From an uncultured Clostridia bacterium (lineage in GTDB: Bacteria > Bacillota > Clostridia > Christensenellales > Aristaeellaceae): DNA of 64,000 nucleotides. How positions within the stretch are numbered: position 1 is the stretch's first letter; each line of letters begins with the position of its first letter. This document shows, piece after piece, positions 47,419 to 55,700 of this stretch. Where the stretch lies: positions 6,072 through 70,071 of the forward strand of contig CAKUAV010000001.1 of the NCBI GenBank assembly GCA_934636425.1. The letters run 5' to 3'. The translations under genes and the position numbers were made by a program. The notes below the pieces were generated by a model. It was not told the DNA's origin. It made no database searches and saw nothing but the letters and a program-made list of their open reading frames with translations.

Positions 47419-48498
47419 ATGAGAGACTGCACACAGTATATCCATGCCCGCCGCCCGCTCTATCACACCGCCGAGGCCATCCGCCGCGGCCACATCACAA
47501 TCGGCTTCATCGGCGGCTCTATCACCGAGCCGGTCGCCGACGGCCGCCGCTGGAGCGGCAAGATCATAGACTGGTTCGTCGCCGAATTCCCCGGCCTGAT
47601 CGTCGATGAGGAAAACGCCGCCAAGGGCGCGACCGGCTCGCTCAACGCCATACTGCGCGTCGAGGACGACATACTCGCCTATGGCTGCGATCTGGTCTTT
47701 GTCGAGACGGCGGTCAACGACGGCGAAAGGGCGTGGGGCGCGTGCCGCGAGGGCATACTGCGCAAGCTGATGAAGGACGACGTGTGCGACGTCGTATTGA
47801 CCTACACCTACTCTCAGGCCATGTACGAGACGATGCTCGCCGGCAATCTGCCCCAGACCATACTCGACTGGGAGGAGCTGGCCGAGCACTATCAGCTCAG
47901 CAGCGTCCACATGGCGCGCTACACATTCGATCTGGTGATGGACGGCTTTCTGCGCTGGGACGAATGGCTGCCCGACACGCTGCACCCCGATCACGCCGGC
48001 AGCCGTCTGTACGCCGAGCCGGTCTGCCGCCTTATTCGCCGCGAGATCGATACCGCGCGGCCCGTCAGCATACCGCTCCCCGCGCCGCTGCACGCCGACA
48101 ACTGGGAGAACGTCCACCTCCTGTCGTTTGAGCAGGTGGAGCGCATCGGCGCGTGGCGGCAGACCCACGAGCGCCGCCTGCCCTCGGTGCATCATATGCT
48201 CTGCACATCCTCGATGACCGCCAGCCTGCGCTTTGAGTTCGAGGGCACAGGGCTGCTTCTTCACCTGCTCAGCGGCGGCCTGTTTTCAGCCTACAAGATC
48301 CGCATCGACGACGGCGAATGGATCGTCAAGAACGATCCTCTGCCCGAGTGGGGCATGAATGCCACCGACTGGCTGCGCGAGGATATGCCCGTCTGCGGCC
48401 TGCCCGCCGGCCGCCACACAGCGGTCATTGCGCCGCTGTTCGCCGTGGGCGGCCGCGCGACCCGCTTCCAGCTGGGCATGATCGGCGTGATCTGCTAA
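47419..48498 (+). CDS. SGNH/GDSL hydrolase family protein with a C-terminal beta-sandwich-like domain
   Basis: RBS AAAGGAG is present. SGNH blocks are FIGGSITEP, KGATGS, ETAVNDG and DTLHPDHAG (DxxH). Confidence 0.85.
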   Translation: MRDCTQYIHARRPLYHTAEAIRRGHITIGFIGGSITEPVADGRRWSGKIIDWFVAEFPGLIVDEENAAKGATGSLNAILRVEDDILAYGCDLVFVETAVNDGERAWGACREGILRKLMKDDVCDVVLTYTYSQAMYETMLAGNLPQTILDWEELAEHYQLSSVHMARYTFDLVMDGFLRWDEWLPDTLHPDHAGSRLYAEPVCRLIRREIDTARPVSIPLPAPLHADNWENVHLLSFEQVERIGAWRQTHERRLPSVHHMLCTSSMTASLRFEFEGTGLLLHLLSGGLFSAYKIRIDDGEWIVKNDPLPEWGMNATDWLREDMPVCGLPAGRHTAVIAPLFAVGGRATRFQLGMIGVIC

Positions 48499-48510
48499 AA
48501 TATACAGTTC

Positions 48511-48547
48511 AGCGCCCCGCAGAGGTGATTTTCCTCCGCGGGGCGCT
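48511..48547 (+). terminator. hairpin terminator after the SGNH gene (weak U-tract)
   Basis: 15-bp stem AGCGCCCCGCAGAGG / CCTCCGCGGGGCGCT (one mismatch) with a 7-nt loop, followed by CTCTCTCTAT. Confidence 0.55.
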
Positions 48548-48608
48548 CTCTCTATACGCGCCGCCTGCAAGGACGTTCGGCGCTTTGTCCGCGTCCCGCC
48601 GCGCAGTC

Positions 48609-48644
48609 AAAAAGCATGACCCTCCCCATGCGGGGGAGTCATGC
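48609..48644 (-). terminator. Rho-independent (bidirectional) terminator after the GH99-like gene
   Basis: Stem GCATGAC(C)CTCCCC / GGGGAGTCATGC is flanked by AAAAA on one side and TTTTCC on the other. Confidence 0.8.
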
Positions 48645-48665
48645 TTTTCCTATAGACCGCGCGCG

Positions 48666-49688
48666 TTACTGCGCCGTTCCCTTGAGAATCTCAACCGCCC
48701 TTTTGTAATGCTCGAGCCGCCTGCAGTCCGGCTTTGCGTCCGCGCCGAGCGTCGGGCAGACATAGCCGCCCTCTTCAAATTCATTCCAGGCAAACGAAAG
48801 CACATGGCCGCTCTTCACATATCGGCCGTTTTCCTCCATCCAGATTTTCAGAGCGCGCGCCGCCGCCTCAAAGCCGTTTCCGTCGTTGTCCTCAACGTAG
48901 ACTCTGTCGGGATAGGCCGCCCACGGCGTGGGGCGCTCAAAGCGCGGCGTGGGATTCCAGCCCGTCGAAAACTCGGGAATGAGCTGCAAGCCGTATTCTT
49001 TGCGCGCCTCGTTGTTCTTCATCACGTTTTCGGCAAAGGCGGCATAGCCGCTCTCGCCGGAGGAGCCGTCTGCATAGGTCGACGCCGCGTCCGCCAGAGA
49101 ATAGTCCTTCCCGTCCGGCTCGTTGCCGAAGATGCAGACGTACGCCTCCAGACCGACGCTTCTCGCCGCCGCGCGCACATTCTGAATATGGTCGACGCAA
49201 TACCCGCCGAAAATGAACACCAGCGGCCGGCCGTCAATTTTGTGATAATACGGCTTTGTCATGGCCAGCGCCAGCTTCTCCCAATCGGCCGCGCTGTAGC
49301 CGTGCATCCCCAGTATGATGGCGCACAGGTCGATTCTGTCGTTCATCGGGCTGCTCTCGAACAGATGACGCGCCCGGTTGAGCTCGTGAATATAGGGTCG
49401 TATGGCCTCGTACCGATTGCCGCCGGGCAGCTCGGGTTCAAGCGCCTCCTCCGTATACCAGCAGTAGGCAAAATAGTCTATGCCCGCGTCGATGGCAAAT
49501 TGCAGCTCGCGGTCATAGTCCCGCTGCGTGCGCTCGGGAAAGCGCCAGCCGTCGCCGTCCTTCACGGCATAATAGGGCAGGCGGCTCTTCCATTTCTCGC
49601 GGCCCAGCGAATTCATCGCCCAGTGGCCGAAAAACGTGTCCTCCGTCAATCCCGCGTCCCAGTTAATCATGCCAACCTTAACATCCAT
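48666..49688 (-). CDS. GH99-like / WbsX-like glycoside hydrolase family protein (tentative)
   Basis: RBS GGAGGACAG is present before the ATG at 49688. This is a Trp/Tyr-rich TIM-barrel-like sequence. The motif SFAWNEFEEGGY resembles the SWNEWGEG motif of the WbsX/GH99-like family. Confidence 0.75.
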   Translation of the reverse strand: MDVKVGMINWDAGLTEDTFFGHWAMNSLGREKWKSRLPYYAVKDGDGWRFPERTQRDYDRELQFAIDAGIDYFAYCWYTEEALEPELPGGNRYEAIRPYIHELNRARHLFESSPMNDRIDLCAIILGMHGYSAADWEKLALAMTKPYYHKIDGRPLVFIFGGYCVDHIQNVRAAARSVGLEAYVCIFGNEPDGKDYSLADAASTYADGSSGESGYAAFAENVMKNNEARKEYGLQLIPEFSTGWNPTPRFERPTPWAAYPDRVYVEDNDGNGFEAAARALKIWMEENGRYVKSGHVLSFAWNEFEEGGYVCPTLGADAKPDCRRLEHYKRAVEILKGTAQ

Positions 49689-49965
49689 ATTCTGTCCTCC
49701 TCTGGCATACGTTTCAAAAAAATAGGGCACATGCGCAGTCAAACAAGCCCTTGTCAGCCGGATAAACCGGCGCGCTCCTGCGGCAATACGGCCCGAATCC
49801 CGCCGCCACTGCGTCCGAAAAAGGAGAGATTGCAATCTTCCAGCGGATTTTTCGCGGCGCTCGACGTCCGAGGAATCCGAGCCGCAATCCAGTGTTGAGC
49901 GCTCAGCGGCGCTGAATCGAGTTTTCGTGCGCCGCCCCTGCGCCCGGAACCGCTCTCTGAATGTC

Positions 49966-51981
49966 TCAGTGAATCAGCAGCGCGGCGCGCTCCATCATGC
50001 GCCTGAGCTGTTCCTCGATCGACGCGGCGATGTCGCGCACCATGGCCTGCACGCTCTGCGAAGGCGGGTCGATCTCGCGCATGAGCTGGCTCTCTACGCC
50101 CGCTCTGATCTCGCCGCGGCGCCTGTTCAGGCTCTTTTTGAAAAAGCGCGGCGTGATCATGCGGCGCACGCCCAGCGGCAGCTCCGCCCTGCGCAGCATC
50201 CTTTCGGCCGTCTCCGTGCCGATCACCGCGGCCAGCAGCCCCACCAGAAAGCCGACCGCCAGCCCGGGCGCGCCCGCCGCCATCAGCGCCAGTCCGCTCC
50301 CGCCCAGTATGGCCGCCATCAGCGAGGCCACAATCACGTCGATCAGCGCCTTGATCTGATCCATTCTGAGCAGCTCGCCCGCGCTCACCTCGAGCTGCGA
50401 CACGCCCACGCCCAGCGTATCGGGCAGGCGCAGCGACGTGCGCGGCAGGTCAAACTGATCGCAGATCGGATCGGTCAGCATTTCCATATCCGGGCGCAGC
50501 TTCAAGACCCAATCGCTCACAGCAGGGCGCAGCGCGTCGGCCAGACGGCCGTCCTCCGCCATGCGCTGAAGGCGCGCCGTCAGCTCCGCGCCGATGTCGT
50601 TGAACGTCTTCAGCCCGCCGCCGCGCCACAATTCGAACACCTCGGGCGCAAGCGAATCCAGCAGAAGGTCGGTCAGCGGCGCGGACACCGCCGTAAACAG
50701 CGCGCTCAGACGCGAGAGCACCATGTTCTCCATGTCGTCTGAGCGGATCAGCGCGTCCACCGCCGCCTCGAAGCCGCGCGTCTTCTGATCGATGCGCAGC
50801 GCATAGCACAGCCCGCGCGCAATCGAAAATTCCGGCTCCAGCGCGCGCAGAACCTGCGCGTCCGGAAAGAGCGCCTTCGCCCGATCCCCGATCATGGGCA
50901 TGCGCGACGCGCCGCCGGTCAGCAGTATGATCTGCGGCATTTCGCCGTCCAGCCGGTTCACGGCCTCATTCAGAGCGCGATCGTACGCGTCCGTGAAGGA
51001 GATTCCTCCCAGCGTGTCCACGCCCTGCGAGAGAATCGCCGCCATGTCCGCGTCGTTGCAGGCAATGTCGAGCGTCAGCGGCTTTCGGCCGGCGTAGATT
51101 TTGACCGCCGATTCCGCCCGAGCCGCACCGCCGCGCGCCGCCTGCGTGAAATACATCTCCTTGACCCGCCGCGCCTCAAATTCGCAGCGTGCGCGGTACT
51201 GCAGAAAACGCTCGAGCGCCTCCTCGACCTGCGCCCGCTCGGGGCTTCTGCGCACGTTTCTCTCCAGCAGCAGCCGGTCGATCAGCCCGCCGCCCAGGCT
51301 GACCGCGCCGAAATCGCACACCGTCAGGCTGCGCTCGGCCAGATCGGAAACAAACGTGAAGTCGATCGTCGACGAGCCCGCGTCGATGATCAGCGTGGGC
51401 AGCGTCAGCAGATCGTCCGACACGCGCAGTTCGCCCGACTCCCGCGCGAACATGAACGCCGCGCGCGATTCGCTGACCACATCGCAGTGAACCATGCCGG
51501 CGCGCTCGAACAGCCTTTTATACGCCGCGCGCGTCTCCTGAGGCCATCCCGAGGGGCAGCCGATGAAAAAGCAGGCCGTTTCCGGAGTTTCCAGCCGGCC
51601 GTCCTTCATGAGCTGGGAGAGTATCTCCCGCGCGAACATGACGATCAGCGCGCCCGCGCCGGCTTCGTCTGTGAGATAGCGGCTCTTGAAGCGCAGCTCC
51701 AGCCAGTCCGCGCCGCTCAGATGGCAGGCCTCCTCGCCGATGAACAGCCCGCGCTCCGGATGCGAGGCCAGCGCCGTGATGACGCTCTTTCGCCCGCGCA
51801 GCTCAATCATCTGCGGCTCGACGCGTCTGCCCGCGCGCATCCAGGCCACGGCGCTCTCGCCGTCGCCCAGATCGAAGCCGAAATAGTCGGTGATCGCCGG
51901 ATCCGTGTTTTCCGGGATGTTTCCCGGGATGTTTTCCGAAACGCCTTCGGGAATCTTTTTTTCGATGATCGGGTTTTCCAT
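49966..51981 (-). CDS. non-canonical Hsp70/actin-fold ATPase with a helical, partly hydrophobic C-terminal extension (no DnaK-type substrate-binding domain recognised)
   Basis: RBS AGGAGA is present before the ATG at 51981. Hsp70 NBD motifs are FGFDLGDGES, LIIDAGSSTIDF, LGGGLID and ILLTGGASRMP. The C-terminal ~250 aa include the Gly/Ala-rich hydrophobic stretch VIVASLMAAILGGSGLALMAAGAPGLAVGFLVGLLAAVIG. Confidence 0.85.
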   Translation of the reverse strand: MENPIIEKKIPEGVSENIPGNIPENTDPAITDYFGFDLGDGESAVAWMRAGRRVEPQMIELRGRKSVITALASHPERGLFIGEEACHLSGADWLELRFKSRYLTDEAGAGALIVMFAREILSQLMKDGRLETPETACFFIGCPSGWPQETRAAYKRLFERAGMVHCDVVSESRAAFMFARESGELRVSDDLLTLPTLIIDAGSSTIDFTFVSDLAERSLTVCDFGAVSLGGGLIDRLLLERNVRRSPERAQVEEALERFLQYRARCEFEARRVKEMYFTQAARGGAARAESAVKIYAGRKPLTLDIACNDADMAAILSQGVDTLGGISFTDAYDRALNEAVNRLDGEMPQIILLTGGASRMPMIGDRAKALFPDAQVLRALEPEFSIARGLCYALRIDQKTRGFEAAVDALIRSDDMENMVLSRLSALFTAVSAPLTDLLLDSLAPEVFELWRGGGLKTFNDIGAELTARLQRMAEDGRLADALRPAVSDWVLKLRPDMEMLTDPICDQFDLPRTSLRLPDTLGVGVSQLEVSAGELLRMDQIKALIDVIVASLMAAILGGSGLALMAAGAPGLAVGFLVGLLAAVIGTETAERMLRRAELPLGVRRMITPRFFKKSLNRRRGEIRAGVESQLMREIDPPSQSVQAMVRDIAASIEEQLRRMMERAALLIH

Positions 51982-52055
51982 ATTCGGATGTTCTCCTGTT
52001 GTCCGCTGAATAATCGCGCCTGAAAAGCGCGCGGCGGCAAATCGCCGCACTTATC

Positions 52056-52293
52056 GTTCACGCGCAAAGCGCATCGCTTCCGGCATATCTCTTCCACGCG
52101 CCCGCCGCGCCATTCACGCGCAAACGCACGCTTCCGGCGCATCGCTCCCACGCGCTCGCCGCGCCGTTCACGCGCAAAGCGCACGCTTCCGGCATATCGC
52201 TTCCACGCGCCCGCCGCGCCGTTCACGCGCAAAGCGCACGCTTCCGGCATATCTCTTCCACGCGCCCGCCGCGCCGTTCACGCGCAAAACCAT
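52056..52293. repeat. tandem repeat, 4.3 units of 54-56 bp
   Basis: The unit is GTTCACGCGCAAAGCGCACGCTTCCGGCATATC(G/T)CTTCCACGCGCCCGCCGCGCC. Units start at 52056, 52112, 52166, 52221 and 52276 (the last is partial). Units 3 and 4 differ at a single base. Confidence 0.95.
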
Positions 52294-52315
52294 CGACCCA
52301 TGCGGGCAGCGCTCC

Positions 52316-53128
52316 TCACAGCTCCTCGGTCGCCTGTCCGCGCGCCAGCACGCGCTCGCCCTGCATCACGGCGGGGCGTATTGTCAGATCGGGCTGCGTG
52401 CCGGGAAAGAGATCGAAATAATCGCGCGTTTCGGGCGAATACTCCACCAGCCGCACGCCCTCGTCGTTCAGCGCGGCGGCGATCTGCGGCGCGGCCTTGA
52501 GCGCGTATTCGCCATCCCCGGTATAGACCGCCTCCATCAGCATCTGAATCGGCTGGAGCAGCTCGCCGGTCACGCGCGGCGCGTCGGTGGGCAGCGCGGT
52601 CTGTTCGCGGTCGATCTGCTCGAGCGCGTCGCCTATGGACGACATCAGCCGGTCGACAAGCCGCATCAGCTCGTAGACATTCGGCCGCGTGGCCTGCGTC
52701 ACGACGGTCTGCGCCCTTTCGGCGGGCTTCAGCATGGCGCGCGCCGCCCCCGCCGCGCAGGAAATCAGCGCCAGCATGGCGGCGGCGGTCTGCCCGGCGA
52801 GCATCAGCCACGCCGTCAGCACGGCGCCCGTGCCCGCCGCCGTCCATGAAAGAATCGCGGCGAGCCGCTCACGCCGATCCGCCTTGCCGCCGTCCTCGAT
52901 GCGCGCGTCGGCCTCCGTCACGCTCATCATGAGCAGCGCGGCGCGTTTGGCCGCGTCGAAGAGCCGGTCGGCCTCGCGGCGCGCGGCGGCGTCGGGCAGC
53001 GCGGCGCGGGTCTCCATGCGCACCTGCTCGAGCGCGCCCGCCAGACAATCGGCGGCGGCCTTTGCGTCCGAACAGGCTGTCAGCGCCCTTTCGAGCGCGT
53101 CGCGTCGGCGTTCATAGGCTTCCAGCAT
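52316..53128 (-). CDS. hypothetical coiled-coil / two-TM protein, putative partner of the Hsp70-like ATPase
   Basis: Strong RBS GGGAGGA lies 6 nt before the ATG. The N-terminus is Ala/Arg-rich and helical. The central hydrophobic pair is LAAILSWTAAGTGAVLTAWLMLAGQTAAAMLALISCAAGAA. The C-terminal region looks globular. Confidence 0.75.
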   Translation of the reverse strand: MLEAYERRRDALERALTACSDAKAAADCLAGALEQVRMETRAALPDAAARREADRLFDAAKRAALLMMSVTEADARIEDGGKADRRERLAAILSWTAAGTGAVLTAWLMLAGQTAAAMLALISCAAGAARAMLKPAERAQTVVTQATRPNVYELMRLVDRLMSSIGDALEQIDREQTALPTDAPRVTGELLQPIQMLMEAVYTGDGEYALKAAPQIAAALNDEGVRLVEYSPETRDYFDLFPGTQPDLTIRPAVMQGERVLARGQATEEL

Positions 53129-53317
53129 CGTTTATCCTCCCAGTTCTGCGCGAAAAGGCGCGCTCCGGCCTTCCGTCAAAAATAATTCTTCACGAACACG
53201 CTTGGAATCAGCGCGCATTTTTTCTCCCGCCCGGCGCGGCTTCGCCGTGAATGACCGGCGGCGCAGAAATCCGCCGCGCATTGCCGCTTCGACCGTCAAG
53301 GAGCGCGCCGCGGCTTT

Positions 53318-53500
53318 TTGCGATTGAGACAAAAAACAGCAATGCAGCGAACTCATGCGCAAAAACAGCGGCAAGCCGGTGGACAGGGAATCAAGCTCCC
53401 CCGCCGCTGCCCCACCATAAACGCCGCCGGGTACGACTGGAAATTCGAGAGATCTTTCACCCTCTCGAGCTCTCCAATATTTTTCGACAGTCGCCGCGCC
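53318..53500 (+). repeat. copy of the dispersed intergenic element with internal indels
   Basis: It shares GAGACAAAAAAC, GCAAGCCGGTGGACAGGGAATCAAGCTCCC, the core GCCGCCGGGTACGACTGGAAATTCGAGAG (53423-53451), the hairpin TCGAGAG-N10-CTCTCGA and the end TTTTCGACAGTC. It lacks the central ~60 nt found in the 7.5-kb copy. Confidence 0.65.
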
Positions 53501-53606
53501 CATTTCGGAGCGCGTCAGAATCGATTCCAAACAGCGCCGCCCGCTCCGTCCAATGCGTCCAAAATCTGCGGCGCGCTGCGATGAACGTCCGAAAGCCGCG
53601 AAATGT

Positions 53607-54329
53607 TCAGGGCAGCTCCGGCCAGTCGATTTTGATGCGCCGATCGATGCGCCGCGCGACGAAGGGCCGGTACAGCCGCGCCGCCTCGGGCCAGTCGGGA
53701 TGTCCGTCCAGCTTGGGGATCACATTGTAGTCGGTCAGCGGCGCGCGCAGCATGATCCGCCGCGCGCCGTTCGAGATAGGCGGCGCGTCCGAGGGACAGT
53801 TCAGGCAGATCACGCCGCCGCGCTCCGCGTCAAAGCGCGCCGCCCCATCCACGGCTCTGCCGCAGATCAGGCAGCGATCCATCTGCGGCCGATAGCCCAT
53901 CAGCGGCATATAGCGCATTTCAAAGCAGGCCGTGAGCAGCTCGGCGGGCAAATCGGAATAGCTCAGATGCGCCAGCGCCTTGAGCAGCAGAAAGAATATG
54001 TCGGGCGCGGCCTGACCGGGCAGCGCCGCCGCGTCGGCCAGACTGAGATAGTACATGCCGTGCATCAGCCGGTCGTAATTCAGACGCAGATCGTAATAGC
54101 TGTCCTTGATCTCGCACTGCGTGACCGAATGGCGCTCTCCCGACGCGTTGATCGTATACTGCCCGGCGCAGAACACCTCGCTCGCCCCGACGAGCGACGA
54201 TCGCGGGCGGCGGCAGCCGCGGGCAATGGCGTCGATGCGGCCGTGTTCGGGCGAAAACAGCGTCAGCATCCGATCATAGTCGCGGTAGTCCGCGCGCCGC
54301 AGCACGATGGCGTCGGTCGTGTAGAGCAT
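53607..54329 (-). CDS. recO: DNA repair protein RecO
   Basis: The N-terminal OB-fold sequence is DAIVLRRADYRDYDRMLTLFSPEHGRI and the zinc-finger cysteines are CLICG...CLNC. The gene follows era, as in B. subtilis. Confidence 0.92.
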   Translation of the reverse strand: MLYTTDAIVLRRADYRDYDRMLTLFSPEHGRIDAIARGCRRPRSSLVGASEVFCAGQYTINASGERHSVTQCEIKDSYYDLRLNYDRLMHGMYYLSLADAAALPGQAAPDIFFLLLKALAHLSYSDLPAELLTACFEMRYMPLMGYRPQMDRCLICGRAVDGAARFDAERGGVICLNCPSDAPPISNGARRIMLRAPLTDYNVIPKLDGHPDWPEAARLYRPFVARRIDRRIKIDWPELP

Positions 54330-54335
54330 AGGCCT

Positions 54336-55226
54336 TTACTCCTCGTAGCCGGTGGCGCGCAGATCGCTCTCGCGGTTGCGCCAGTCCTCGCGCACCTTGA
54401 CCCAGAGCTTGAGCATCACGCGCGTGCCCATCATGCGCTCTATGTCCGCGCGCGCCTGAGAGCCTATGTCGTGCAGCATCCGTCCCTGCTTGCCGATGAT
54501 GATCGCCTTGTGCGAGGCGCGCTCGCAGTATATGTTGGCGTGGATCTCGGTCAGGTTGTCGGACAGCTTTGTGATGGCCAGCATTTCCACGCCGATGCCG
54601 TGCGGGATCTCCTCGCGCAGAAGGCGCAGCGCCTTTTCGCGGATGATTTCGGCGCAGATCAGCCGCTCGGGCTGGTCGGTGATCATGTCGTCCGGAAAAT
54701 ACTTCGGCCCCTCGGGCATGGCCGCGGCGAGATAGTCGCGCAGCGTATCCATGTTGTCGCCGCGCGCCGCCGATATGGTCACAATCTGGTCGAAGCCCAG
54801 CCCTTTGAGGGTCTCCAGCTGCGGCATCAGCTTTTCGGGCGTCACGATGTCTATCTTATTGACGGCCAGAAAGCGCGGGCAGTTCATTTTCAGCACGTCC
54901 TCCATAACCGCCCGGTCGCCCGCGCCGATGTGCTGCGCGTCCACAACGCACAATACCGCGTCCACGCCCTCGCGCGCGTCGCTGGCCTGCTTCATCATGA
55001 ATTCGCCCAGCTTGGTGCGCGGCTTGTGCAGGCCGGGGGTGTCCACAAACACCAGCTGCCAGTCGGGCGCTGTGGCCACGCCGAGGATCTTGTTGCGGGT
55101 GGTCTGCGGTTTGTTGGACACGATGGCGACCTTCTCGCCCACGAAATAGTTCATGATGCTCGATTTGCCCACGTTGGGGCGGCCGATGATCGCCACGAAG
55201 CCCGAATGAAACGCCTTGTTCTGCAT
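54336..55226 (-). CDS. era: GTPase Era
   Basis: G1 is GRPNVGKSS, G3 is DTPG and G4 is NKID. A C-terminal KH domain is present. Length is 296 aa. Confidence 0.96.
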   Translation of the reverse strand: MQNKAFHSGFVAIIGRPNVGKSSIMNYFVGEKVAIVSNKPQTTRNKILGVATAPDWQLVFVDTPGLHKPRTKLGEFMMKQASDAREGVDAVLCVVDAQHIGAGDRAVMEDVLKMNCPRFLAVNKIDIVTPEKLMPQLETLKGLGFDQIVTISAARGDNMDTLRDYLAAAMPEGPKYFPDDMITDQPERLICAEIIREKALRLLREEIPHGIGVEMLAITKLSDNLTEIHANIYCERASHKAIIIGKQGRMLHDIGSQARADIERMMGTRVMLKLWVKVREDWRNRESDLRATGYEE

Positions 55227-55504
55227 ATGTATATACCTTCCCTTTCATCGCGCACCGGCTTCCGGCAGTGCGTCAGTCATTTTCTCTTCCGGGCAAGCGG
55301 AGCAAAAACTGCTCCCGTGCGGACAAAAGCGCTCCTTGGACGGCGCGTCCGCAAAACGCCGCCTGCGCACAGGGGAACCCCTTAAAAATACAATTCAACT
55401 AACCCTTTTCAAAAACCACGGCGGTCAAATTCTCCAGCTCCGGCGCGCATCTCAAAAGACGAACCGCACGCTCAAGCGGTCTTTTCACCGGCGCTCGAAT
55501 TCCA

Positions 55505-55700
55505 TTAACTAAAAAAGCGTCTGGCAAAGGAAACTTGAAGTCCTCAGCTTTCTGCCGCCGAACCTGCGCTTCGGGGGACATTTCCCCACAAAATTGCAAA
55601 ACGCCCTATCCCGTCGAACCGCCCACTGGCAGACGCGGCGGCGCGGTTTCAGGCAGCCCGCCTTCAATCCGGCGGTGCAGAGTCCCACCCCGCGCGCCCT
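55505..55700 (+). repeat. divergent copy of the dispersed intergenic element (weak)
   Basis: Partial colinear matches to the 7.5-kb copy: AACTAAAAAAGCGTCTGGCAAAGG, CAGCTTTCTGCCGCC and CACAAAATTGCAAAACGCCC. It lies in the 473-nt cdd-era spacer. Confidence 0.3.

Noticed and set aside
52056-52293. CRISPR array interpretation of the 55-bp periodic repeat.
   Set aside because: The entire 55-bp unit repeats nearly identically, so there are no unique spacers. There are no cas genes in the window, and the array lies inside an operon spacer.
52316-53128. Calling the 270-aa protein a GrpE nucleotide-exchange factor.
   Set aside because: Only a vague C-terminal resemblance exists. The GrpE signature (F/L-D/N-P/H/E/A..H.A...G-F/Y...R.A.V) is not satisfied. 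I keep it only as a hypothesis in the findings.
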